Below are positions 18,074-26,429 of a stretch of 64,000 nt of DNA, in pieces. The position numbers and the translations under genes were made by a program. Within the stretch, counting starts at the first letter, position 1. Every line of letters starts with the position of its first letter. Below the pieces are notes generated by a model. It saw nothing but the letters and a program-made list of their open reading frames with translations. It was not told where the DNA came from and searched no databases. The DNA is from Bacteroidaceae bacterium (GTDB lineage: Bacteria > Bacteroidota > Bacteroidia > Bacteroidales > Bacteroidaceae), in NCBI GenBank assembly GCA_963643925.1, contig CAVINS010000001.1, forward strand, positions 27,568-91,567, given 5' to 3'.

Positions 18074-19741
18074 CTAGATGGCATCGAGGAATTTCACGAT
18101 AGCGTCGCGCTCCTCCTTCTTCAGGTTGCGGAACTTCTCCACCGTGTAGCGAGCGTCGCTCTCGACGTTGCCGTGCCACATGATGGCTTCCATCGTTGTG
18201 CGTGCTCGGCAGTCGTGCAGACGGTCGGCATAGGTGGCTCCCGTACATTTCTGATGCAGTCCGCGCCCCCACAGCGGGGTGGTGCGGCACCATCCGGTGC
18301 GGATGTCGTTCTCCATGCAGAGCTTATGCTGCACCATGTCGGTGTAGGGCCATATCTTCTGGTTGGGGAAGCGAGGTAGACGGTCATCGTCGTACTTGAA
18401 GAAGTTGGCAGGGTCGCGGATGATGTCGCTTCCGGTAGTCCATGTGGGCCGGTGGCAGTAGTCGCAGCCTATCTCCGAGAAGAGCTTCTTGCCCTGCTGC
18501 ACCTCCGCGTCGTCGAGGTCGCGTGCGGCAGGTACGGCCATACCGCGGTGCCACACCATCAAGTCGATAAAGTCCTGGTCGCTCATCTCGGCATCCAGTG
18601 TCGTGGAGGTGAGGTAGTTCTTGATGTTCTCCTCCACATTGTCGGTGTGCCACTCGGGGTGTTTCTTCTCAGGGTCTATCTGAGCGATGTAAGCGGGGAA
18701 TCCTGCCTGTACCTCTGGGTCTTTCGACGAGTAGGTGGCGTAGGTGCCTGCCGCGTCGAGGTAATGGTAGCGGCGGTCGCTACGGGTCACATTGGTGATG
18801 TTCCAGATGGCGTTGGCTCCTGCAGCGTCCTGTAACGGTCCGCGGCTCAGTGCGTAGGTGTAGCGCAGCGGGTAGAGTGTGCCGTCGCCTTGCGTGATGT
18901 TGCTATACTGTTTCACCCACTCGCCGTCTTTGAAGATGGTGGGGTTCAGTCCGTGCTTCAGATAGCCGTCCTGTTCCTCCTTCGCATACTGGGCCTTCAG
19001 GTCGCTGTCCTCGATGGCGTCAATCAGTCCGGTTCCGTAGATGCCGATGGTGCTCTCGAGCAACACCTTGTAGTTGGCGTCCGCTGCCGGTATCTCGTAT
19101 CCTTGGTTCACCACGTAGAGGGCCTCCTTGGGCATTGTCACCTCTGGGTAGCGCAGTTGGTAGCTCTCGCCGTCGGGGAACTTGTTGCCCCACTCGTCAG
19201 TATACTCTTTCCACTCTACATGAATCTTTGATCCGTCCACCGGAGCCTTGAAGGGCTTGGTGGCGTGCATCTGGGGCATACCTGCCAACCAGGTGACGTA
19301 TCCGTTTGTCGTGGGGTTGAACACTACCAGCAGGTATCCGTTGCCAATCTCGTTGGTCTCGAAGGCTCCTGTAGGGATGCTCTTTCCGTGGCCGTAGCCT
19401 GGGTGGCAGTGTTGGCACGATGAGCGTACGTAGGCCGGACCAAGTCCGCTGCGTGTGCCTTCGGTATTGCTAGTGAACGGTTTCTCAAACAGTGCCCCGC
19501 CGTGCTTGAAGGATTGGTACATACCCGAAGTCTCTATCACCGGCGCCGGCTGTTCATAGGCTGAAGACGAGGCGTTGAACGAGGTGCCCAGTTTGCCGCC
19601 CGTGTACCAATCGTCGGCCAGTTCTTCACCTTTGTCGTTGCCACTGTCGCTCTTCCCGTTGTTGTCGTCGTCGCTACATCCCCCGAGGGTGAGCAGACTC
19701 ATGGCTACTACGGGAATCCAAAGTTTGCTTTTCTTCATCAT
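18074..19741 (-). CDS. Di-haem c-type cytochrome lipoprotein (DUF1111 / di-haem oxidoreductase, cytochrome c peroxidase-like)
   Basis: Lipoprotein signal MMKKSKLWIPVVAMSLLTLGGC. Two CxxCH haem-binding motifs (SCQHCH, GCDYCH). Confidence 0.88.
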   Translation of the reverse strand: MMKKSKLWIPVVAMSLLTLGGCSDDDNNGKSDSGNDKGEELADDWYTGGKLGTSFNASSSAYEQPAPVIETSGMYQSFKHGGALFEKPFTSNTEGTRSGLGPAYVRSSCQHCHPGYGHGKSIPTGAFETNEIGNGYLLVVFNPTTNGYVTWLAGMPQMHATKPFKAPVDGSKIHVEWKEYTDEWGNKFPDGESYQLRYPEVTMPKEALYVVNQGYEIPAADANYKVLLESTIGIYGTGLIDAIEDSDLKAQYAKEEQDGYLKHGLNPTIFKDGEWVKQYSNITQGDGTLYPLRYTYALSRGPLQDAAGANAIWNITNVTRSDRRYHYLDAAGTYATYSSKDPEVQAGFPAYIAQIDPEKKHPEWHTDNVEENIKNYLTSTTLDAEMSDQDFIDLMVWHRGMAVPAARDLDDAEVQQGKKLFSEIGCDYCHRPTWTTGSDIIRDPANFFKYDDDRLPRFPNQKIWPYTDMVQHKLCMENDIRTGWCRTTPLWGRGLHQKCTGATYADRLHDCRARTTMEAIMWHGNVESDARYTVEKFRNLKKEERDAIVKFLDAI

Positions 19742-19921
19742 TGTTGTTTTTGTTTTAGTAGGTTTCTTCTTAATACCCTGTTACCACTCCTCCGGAGGAC
19801 TCTCGCCCCCGGTGGAATGGTAAAAAGGAACAATAAACTTTGCCTGAATGATGTCCGATGCTCTCCTCCGGTTTGTCGCATCACCGGTCATCGGTCACCT
19901 TGTGGTCGAACGTAAGAATTA

Positions 19922-21055
19922 TCATTTGTTTACTAAGTCGATGGCCTCGTCCAGCGCATCCTTCAAGTCATTGCAGGCATCTATCGCTGTCTGGTTCTCG
20001 GCGAATGTCAGGTGGTTGCGGAAGGGTGCCGGCATCTCTGTCTCGATGCACTTGATGGCTTTGTCGATGGCGTTGCGCACCTTGGTGTCCATGGCGCTGT
20101 CAAGCCCCTTGATATAGACGCTCACGGAGTGCTTGCTGACGCTGCCGTCCAAGGTACCATAGTAGGCATTGCGCACGCTGCGGATGTTGTCGGCATAGTC
20201 TGCTATGGAGTTCCAGCTGTACCACGACTCCACGTCGAGCACGTTGCCCGAGCTGCAGGGGTCGGTAATCTTTGTGTTGCCCACCTCGTCGGCAATTTCA
20301 CTCGCTCCGGTCAATATCTCCTCTAAGGCAGCCTTCTGGGTCTTGTACTTAGCGTTGCCTGCCAGTCCGGCATTCTCCAGCTGTTCGCCATAGTCCAGTG
20401 TCGGCTCCATCTCGGCATCGGCCAGTATCTGTTGCTTCTCGCTTGTCACGTCGTCCAGTCCGTCCCAAGCGGCCTCCAAACGTATGCAGTGGTTGCGCAT
20501 GTTCTCGGCCACAGCCACGGCGTAGGTCAGCTCCAGGTCAGAGATGTCGCTTATCTGACGCTCACCACCGTCGCGGAAGATGACGTACTCGATGGCATGG
20601 AATCCCTTCAGACCATAGCCCAGGTTGTCCACGTCCAGCTTGTAGTTGGGGTTCTTCATGTTGTCCAGCAAGATGTCCAGCTGCGACTTCTCCAATGGCC
20701 ACGAGTCGATGCTTGGATCGATGTTGTAGTCCGCTGCCGCTCCGTAGAGGAATGCCTCGCTCAGCTCCCAGTAGACACGAGCCTCTTTCCACTTGTCGCA
20801 CGCCTTTTTCACATAGGCTTGATTCTTGTTGGCCTCCAGCTCTTGGCAGACGTCGTAGAGCTCCATCGTGGCATTGGCCAGCGAGCGGTAGGTGCTCACC
20901 ACCACATCCTCCACGTAGGTCTCTATGATTTCTTTGTTCTCATTGTCGATGCTGTCATCTGCGTCGCTGTCATCATCGCTGCTGCATGAGCTCATCGTTG
21001 CGGTCGTAGCCATTGCAGCTGCCACCATCAGTGCATACTTAAAAATCTTTTTCAT
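19922..21055 (-). CDS. Imelysin-like (peptidase M75 / IrpA-type) periplasmic lipoprotein
   Basis: Signal and lipobox MKKIFKYALMVAAAMATTATMSSC. 377 aa helical protein with SWY.WNS- and W.LE-type motifs. It is adjacent to DUF1111, as in known imelysin loci. The call is from memory. Confidence 0.75.
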   Translation of the reverse strand: MKKIFKYALMVAAAMATTATMSSCSSDDDSDADDSIDNENKEIIETYVEDVVVSTYRSLANATMELYDVCQELEANKNQAYVKKACDKWKEARVYWELSEAFLYGAAADYNIDPSIDSWPLEKSQLDILLDNMKNPNYKLDVDNLGYGLKGFHAIEYVIFRDGGERQISDISDLELTYAVAVAENMRNHCIRLEAAWDGLDDVTSEKQQILADAEMEPTLDYGEQLENAGLAGNAKYKTQKAALEEILTGASEIADEVGNTKITDPCSSGNVLDVESWYSWNSIADYADNIRSVRNAYYGTLDGSVSKHSVSVYIKGLDSAMDTKVRNAIDKAIKCIETEMPAPFRNHLTFAENQTAIDACNDLKDALDEAIDLVNK

Positions 21056-21097
21056 TGTCGTTTATGCGTTAGTTATTTATTGTGTTTACCTATTGAC

Positions 21098-22522
21098 TTA
21101 CATGTCGAAGAAGCCCGAGTAGGCCACTCCCACGCTCAGCGTGTTCTCGTTGTTATACTGGCTCTTGAAGATGCGGTGCGAATACTCCGCCTTGATGACG
21201 ATGCCCTTCATCGGTACGAAGTTGATGCCTCCGGCTACACGTTGGCGACCCCAGCACTCATTGTCCACGATGCTGCCTTCGGTCTTGTACATGGAGTCGT
21301 AGTAGTCGTAGCGGCCGAAGATGTAGAATCTCTTATCTGTGCCGCGTGTCTTCTCCATCTGCGAGAAGATGTCGTATCCGGCCTCCACGCCCACGGCTAT
21401 GGCATCCGAGCCGACGTTGGTCTTGGGCGATGGGGAGTCTTTGCGCGAGCTGATGTTCGCTTTCGATATCTTCTCGGAGTCCGTGAGGTGTCCGTAGTCC
21501 ACGTTGCCGCGTACCACCCAGTTGTGCGCATCGTAGTGGAAGTCGAAGGCACCCAGTGTCACGGTACCGTTGATTCCCTTGTAGCTGTCGGGTTTCATGC
21601 TGTTCGATGCCGAGTTTCCTACGTAGCCGCTCAGTCCCAGACGCAGGCCGGGGATGGAGTAGTTGTCGATGCGGAAGGCACCGGCGTATGCGGTGGCTAT
21701 CTTGAACTCGTAGGGACTGCCGGCGCCGCCCTTTATCCAATCCTTTGCACCGAAGCGGTCGGCATCCAGTCCGGCCAGGAACTGTGCCTCGTAGTGCCAT
21801 TTGCCCACGTTACCCCACAGGCTGATGCCAGTCTCGTGCCAGGTGCAGGGCATGATGGAACTCTCCCCTTCGGGGCGGTACACGGTGAAGAACTCCGTCG
21901 GCATGTGGTGCTGATTGGTCAGACCCACCGGCACGATAATCTGTCCCAACCGCAGGTTCAGGGCTGGGCTGAAGGACTTCTGTATCCAGAACTGCTCCAG
22001 GGCCACCTCGCCTCCGCGTTCTATCTCGCTCTCGTACTCGCCGGTTTCCTCTTCCTCCACCTCGATGGCGGATTCCGTACCTCCGTGCTCAAACTCTATC
22101 TCGCTGCCCATGGTCCAACCTTTACCGAAGTCGTAACCTACGAAGAAGACCACGTGCGGCAGGTCGAACTGGCCGTAGCCTTTGTCGTCCTTATACTTCG
22201 CAGCGTCGGTATATCGCTTGTAGTTGTTGCTGTAGAACATGCGGCTCATCACGGCCTCGCCATAGCCGCCTAGTGTCAGGCGCGACTTCTTGCGCGGTGC
22301 TTTCTCGTGCTCGGGAATAGCCTCGCTGGTTGTGCTCCCCACTGCTGAGGCATTATCAACCATGTTGTTCACTGATTTGTCTGTTGCCGTCGCATCCGGT
22401 TCGGCGTTTTCATTCACGCTTCTCACTGTGGTTCCTATGCTCGTGTCACCTTCTTCAGCGTAAGCTGGCATGGCCAACAACGCTGTCAGACACCCTGAAA
22501 CCATCCAAAGTTTTGCTCTCAT
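21098..22522 (-). CDS. Putative outer-membrane beta-barrel (porin-like) protein with an acidic N-terminal linker
   Basis: Signal peptide MRAKLWMVSGCLTALLAMPAYA. Alternating hydrophobic beta-strand pattern and an aromatic-rich C-terminus (VAYSGFFDM). First gene of the imelysin operon. Confidence 0.6.
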   Translation of the reverse strand: MRAKLWMVSGCLTALLAMPAYAEEGDTSIGTTVRSVNENAEPDATATDKSVNNMVDNASAVGSTTSEAIPEHEKAPRKKSRLTLGGYGEAVMSRMFYSNNYKRYTDAAKYKDDKGYGQFDLPHVVFFVGYDFGKGWTMGSEIEFEHGGTESAIEVEEEETGEYESEIERGGEVALEQFWIQKSFSPALNLRLGQIIVPVGLTNQHHMPTEFFTVYRPEGESSIMPCTWHETGISLWGNVGKWHYEAQFLAGLDADRFGAKDWIKGGAGSPYEFKIATAYAGAFRIDNYSIPGLRLGLSGYVGNSASNSMKPDSYKGINGTVTLGAFDFHYDAHNWVVRGNVDYGHLTDSEKISKANISSRKDSPSPKTNVGSDAIAVGVEAGYDIFSQMEKTRGTDKRFYIFGRYDYYDSMYKTEGSIVDNECWGRQRVAGGINFVPMKGIVIKAEYSHRIFKSQYNNENTLSVGVAYSGFFDM

Positions 22523-22559
22523 TTTTGCACTCTTTATTTTTAGTTATTCTAAATTGCTG

Positions 22560-22567
22560 CAAAGGTA
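22560..22567 (-). promoter_or_regulatory. -7 box TACCTTTG (minus strand) for the OM-barrel/imelysin/di-haem operon
   Basis: Plus strand reads CAAAGGTA, 38 nt upstream of the ATG at 22522. A TTG-like -33 element lies about 21 nt further upstream. Confidence 0.55.
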
Positions 22568-22826
22568 AGGCCTTCCTCGCTCTCGCTGCAATACCCCATT
22601 ATCGGTATATTGCTGCTAAACAACATTGTTCTTCAGGACGTTTAGTCGACACTACCGACCTTACTTCCAGCCTTTCCATATCCTGTTAAATAGTTGAAAA
22701 ATAACGAAATACATTTACATTCCAGGATGCTCTTCAGCCATACCTAATAGTGGGTATCGCCCGATGTCGGCTGAGACTTTATGCAGTGAGGGTTGCAGGG
22801 GTGTTGTGGTTTTGTAAGAAAAGGAT

Positions 22827-22834
22827 TATCTTTG
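22827..22834 (+). promoter_or_regulatory. -7 box TATCTTTG (plus strand) upstream of repeat array B and the SGNH hydrolase gene
   Basis: Exact TAnnTTTG match with TTG 20 nt upstream. No other consensus promoter lies between here and 23089. Confidence 0.45.
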
Positions 22835-22897
22835 TGGTATGAAAACAACCTTATTGGCAGTATGTATGGCGGCCGTGTCACTCTTGAGGTGGTTTTA

Positions 22898-22963
22898 TCT
22901 CCCTAGTCAGGAAAATTTATTTCTCCAGTTAGGAAAATATATTTTCCTAGTTAGGGAAAAATA
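22898..22963. repeat. Array B: 3 x 22-bp direct repeats
   Basis: Units: TCTCCCTAGTCAGGAAAATTTA; TTTCTCCAGTTAGGAAAATATA; TTTTCCTAGTTAGGGAAAAATA. AGT cores at 22905, 22927 and 22949 are exactly 22 bp apart. Confidence 0.85.
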
Positions 22964-23088
22964 CAGCACTTGGTAGCGCTACCTTCGCCATCTGTCAGCA
23001 ATGTAGTCAATCTAGTCTTAAAAATCTTATCTCCGTACACCGGTTGAAAGAATAGCTAAAAGTTGAAACTATTATTCATACATATCTC

Positions 23089-23763
23089 ATGAAAAGACAA
23101 CTATTTCTTTTGGTAGCGTTGCTTGCCCTGTGTGTGGGAGGCGCTAACGCTCAAACCCTCGAGGATGCTCCCTTGTGGGGCAAGACCATCAATGTCATCG
23201 GCGACAGCTATGTGAAGAATCACCGCCGTCCTTACCAGGAGGCTTGGCACGCCCTGGTGGCTGAGAAGTACCACATGAACTACCGCAACTATGGTCGCAA
23301 CGGCTGTTGCCTGGTGTTCGACCGCACGGCCGAGAAGTGGGGCATCCCCATGCTCGAGTACTGTGAGGTGATGTCCGACACGGCCGACTACGTCCTCGTG
23401 GTAGGTGGTCACAACGATGCCGAGTACATCCGGGCCGGCAAGGGTACCTACGAACAGTTCGAGAACGGACTGGATAGTCTCTGCCGCAAGCTCATCCACA
23501 AGTATCCGTCTGCCCGTCTGGCCTTTGTCACTCCTTGGCGTGTGCCGCGCGACTGCTTTGCGGAGGTAACGGCCATCATGGCGAAAGTCTGCGCACGCTA
23601 CAGCATTCCCTTGCTCAATGCTGCCGAACGTTCCGGCATCTATGTGTGGGACCCCGAGTTCCGTCGCCGCTACTTCCAAGGTAACAACGACACGGCCCAC
23701 CTCAATGCTGCCGGCCACAAGCTCTTCATGCGCAAGGGCGAGACGTTCCTGCTGGGCCTTTAG
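23089..23763 (+). CDS. Secreted SGNH/GDSL-family hydrolase (esterase)
   Basis: Signal peptide MKRQLFLLVALLALCVGGANA. Block I GDSYV, block III GGHND, block V DTAHLN. Confidence 0.9.
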   Translation: MKRQLFLLVALLALCVGGANAQTLEDAPLWGKTINVIGDSYVKNHRRPYQEAWHALVAEKYHMNYRNYGRNGCCLVFDRTAEKWGIPMLEYCEVMSDTADYVLVVGGHNDAEYIRAGKGTYEQFENGLDSLCRKLIHKYPSARLAFVTPWRVPRDCFAEVTAIMAKVCARYSIPLLNAAERSGIYVWDPEFRRRYFQGNNDTAHLNAAGHKLFMRKGETFLLGL

Positions 23764-23899
23764 ACCAGTGGCGCTTCCCCTTGCAGCAAGCAGCCAATAA
23801 GGAATGTCGCTGTCCAGCGCGCCAAGAGTGAGCAGTGGCGGCTTATTCTGAAGTGCGGCCGTAGCAGGTGAATACTTATTTCGCCCTGGAAGTGCCTGT

Positions 23900-23932
23900 T
23901 TTGTTGCATATCTCGTAAAAGACGTACATTTG
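23900..23932 (+). promoter_or_regulatory. Bacteroidota promoter for the GH31 gene (-33 TTTG, -7 TACATTTG)
   Basis: TTTG at 23900-23903 and TAnnTTTG at 23925-23932, 21 nt apart, 22 nt upstream of the ATG. Confidence 0.6.
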
Positions 23933-23954
23933 TAGCATATTATATATCTAATAC

Positions 23955-26216
23955 ATGTTTATGAAAAAATTAATTGTTCTATGTTTGGCGCTCTTGTCTA
24001 TGACGGCATTGCACGCTATAGAGAAAACAGTGGAGATAACCACAGAGAAAGGCAAACTCTGTCTCACCCCGCTCAACGGCAACACTGTCAGGGTGCAATA
24101 CTCCGAGAGTTACGTCGAGCCGCTCGAAGAACTCTATTATCTGCCTTCCTTGGCCACTCCCGACTACAAGACAAAGACCAGTAGCAAAGGCACGACACTG
24201 AAGATGGACAAGATGAAGGTGGTGTATGACAAAGCCATCGATTGCCTCAAGTTCATCAACGCCAAAGGCAAGGTTGTGCTTCAGGAGGCGGTAGGCGGCC
24301 ACAGGGTCGAACACACGCATGTAGGCACCGACAGTGTGTCTGCCCTCGATGTCACGCAGAGTTTTGTGTCGCCCGAAGACGAGTACTTGTTTGGTACAGG
24401 ACAGTTTCAGGACGGCTATCTCAATGTGCGCGGACTGACACGCCGCCTCACACAGGTGAATACCCAGATAGCCATTCCCTTCATCCTATCGAGCAAGGGC
24501 TATGGACTGCTGTGGAACAACTACGGACTGACGGACTTTAACCCTGCCGAAAACGTTCTGCCCCTACAGCCCAAAGGCGAGATGGGCGAAGCCTACGAGG
24601 TGGATGCCACCAGCGGCAACGGCGGCATTAGGGAACGCCGCATCAATAATGCCTTCTCCGCCACCCTTGAAGTGCAGCAGGCCGGCCGCTACGCCATACT
24701 GCTCGACATGGGACAGCGTATGAGCCGCAAGCAGTATCTTGCCATCGACGGGCGGGTGGTGGTGGACCAGAACAACACATGGCTGCCGCCCACGACATCC
24801 GTCATTGTGGAACTGGCAGAAGGCAAGCATGCCGTTGAGGTGCAGGGCGTAAAGGACGACAACCCCGTCATCTACTGGCGTAGTGTAGACAACACCACGA
24901 CATTCCATTCCCCTGTAGCCCAGACGTTGGACTATACCGTCTTTGTTGGCAATCCCGATGAGGTGGTGGCCGGTTACCGCCAGGCTACGGGTCGGTCGCC
25001 GCTGATGCCCGACTGGATGCTTGGCTATGTGCACTGCCGTGAGCGCTATCGCACACAGGACGGTGTGCTTGCCGACGCACACCGTTTCCGGAATGAGAAC
25101 ATACCGCTTGATGTCATCGTTCAGGACTGGCAATATTGGGGACGTACGGGATGGAACAGCATGGAGTTCGACCGCAACGATTATCCCGACCCAGCTGCCA
25201 TGGTAAGCGAACTGCATGGCATGGACGTGCGCATGATGCTTTCCGTATGGTCGAAGACCGACAAAAAAAGCCTTCTTGGTAAGCGGCTCGCCAGCAAGGG
25301 CTACTATATACCGGGAACCGATTGGTGGGATTTCTTCAACCCCCAAACAGCCAATTACTATTGGGAATGTTTCCGCGACAGCCTGGTGCGCCCCTACAAG
25401 ATTGACGCCTGGTGGCTCGATGCCACCGAACCGGAGAATGACGACCTGGCCGGCCGCCGCATCGCAGGCGGCACCTTGCCTGGCGAACTCTATCGCAACA
25501 TGTTCCCTACTAAAGTTGTAAGCACCATCTATAATGGGTTGGCCAAGGAGCAGCCCGACCGTGTGCCTGTCATTCTCACACGCAGTGCATGCGCCGGCAT
25601 GCAACGCTACAACGCCTTGGTCTGGTCGGGAGACGTGGGCCACGACCTGGAGACTCTGCGCCGCCAGGTCAATGCCGGACTCAACTATGTGTCTTGCGGT
25701 ATGCCCTGGTGGACATACGACGCAGGCGGATTCTTCCGTCCGGAAGACCAGTACACCTCGGCCGCCTATCAGGAGACGATGCTGAGATGGATACAGTGTA
25801 GCGTGTTTCTGCCCGTCATGCGAGTCCACGGTTACCAAAGCGACACGGAGCCCTGGAAATATGATGATGAGACAAAGCGCATATTTGTGCAGTGCATCAA
25901 CGAGCGCAAGTCGATGAAATCCTATTTTGAAGATTTGGCACGTAAGGTATCCGACAGCGACTACACATTGATGCGCCCTCTCGTGTTCGACTTTGTAAGC
26001 GACACCGAGGCATTGAAGCAGGAACTGGAGTTCATGTGCGGTCCCCGTTATCTTGTTTGTCCGGTGGTGAAACTGGGCGTAACAAGCCAGCGCGTGTATC
26101 TTCCCAAGAACAAGAAGGGCTGGACCCATCTCTACAACAATAAGCATTACGAGGGCGGACAATACATCGACATTGAGGTGGACAAGGAACACATACCAGT
26201 CTTTGTTCGCAACTAA
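23955..26216 (+). CDS. Glycoside hydrolase family 31 (alpha-glucosidase/alpha-xylosidase type)
   Basis: Motifs GTGQFQDGYLNVRG, DVIVQDWQYWG, KIDAWWLDATEPE (nucleophile region) and WSGDV (acid/base region). The start may be the second ATG at 23961 (MKKLIVLCLALLSMTALHA). Confidence 0.9.
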   Translation: MFMKKLIVLCLALLSMTALHAIEKTVEITTEKGKLCLTPLNGNTVRVQYSESYVEPLEELYYLPSLATPDYKTKTSSKGTTLKMDKMKVVYDKAIDCLKFINAKGKVVLQEAVGGHRVEHTHVGTDSVSALDVTQSFVSPEDEYLFGTGQFQDGYLNVRGLTRRLTQVNTQIAIPFILSSKGYGLLWNNYGLTDFNPAENVLPLQPKGEMGEAYEVDATSGNGGIRERRINNAFSATLEVQQAGRYAILLDMGQRMSRKQYLAIDGRVVVDQNNTWLPPTTSVIVELAEGKHAVEVQGVKDDNPVIYWRSVDNTTTFHSPVAQTLDYTVFVGNPDEVVAGYRQATGRSPLMPDWMLGYVHCRERYRTQDGVLADAHRFRNENIPLDVIVQDWQYWGRTGWNSMEFDRNDYPDPAAMVSELHGMDVRMMLSVWSKTDKKSLLGKRLASKGYYIPGTDWWDFFNPQTANYYWECFRDSLVRPYKIDAWWLDATEPENDDLAGRRIAGGTLPGELYRNMFPTKVVSTIYNGLAKEQPDRVPVILTRSACAGMQRYNALVWSGDVGHDLETLRRQVNAGLNYVSCGMPWWTYDAGGFFRPEDQYTSAAYQETMLRWIQCSVFLPVMRVHGYQSDTEPWKYDDETKRIFVQCINERKSMKSYFEDLARKVSDSDYTLMRPLVFDFVSDTEALKQELEFMCGPRYLVCPVVKLGVTSQRVYLPKNKKGWTHLYNNKHYEGGQYIDIEVDKEHIPVFVRN

Positions 26217-26233
26217 TTGTCAAAGAGATAAAA

Positions 26234-26271
26234 ACGACTCGGCATCTCACGCTAGTGAGATGCCGAGTCGT
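26234..26271 (+). terminator. Intrinsic-terminator hairpin after the GH31 gene
   Basis: Perfect 17-bp stem ACGACTCGGCATCTCAC / GTGAGATGCCGAGTCGT with loop GCTA, 18 nt after the stop. Confidence 0.75.
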
Positions 26272-26330
26272 CGCCGCCACATGCCGTCCCGTTCCCGCGA
26301 GACGCCTTGCGGCGCATGCCGAGTTTTGTT

Positions 26331-26393
26331 GAGACAATGGCCCGCCGTCAACCCTGTTTGCGCTTGATGGCGGACCATTCGTCTTCTCTCGTC
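26331..26393. repeat. REP-like palindromic element, copy 1. Probably also the terminator of the susD-like gene.
   Basis: Sequence: GAGACAATGGCCCGCCGTCAAC-N11-TTGATGGCGGACCATTCGTCTTCTCTCGTC. It forms a roughly 16-bp stem with one mismatch and is near-identical to 32059-32122. Confidence 0.8.
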
Positions 26394-26429
26394 CTCGAAA
26401 TCCTTCAGCGTTTCAACGGTTCCCCGTCC

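Noticed and set aside
17865-18293. 142-aa minus-strand ORF between ccsBA and the di-haem gene
   Set aside because: Its upstream half overlaps the 3' end of the di-haem cytochrome gene in another frame. The rest covers the hairpin-rich gap. The composition is not protein-like.
22523-22560. A/T-rich segment (TTATTTTTAGTTATTCTAAATTGC) upstream of the imelysin operon, considered as a Fur box
   Set aside because: It is only a vague resemblance to the GATAATGATAATCATTATC-type consensus. I cannot score it without a Bacteroidota Fur matrix. It is mentioned only as something to test.
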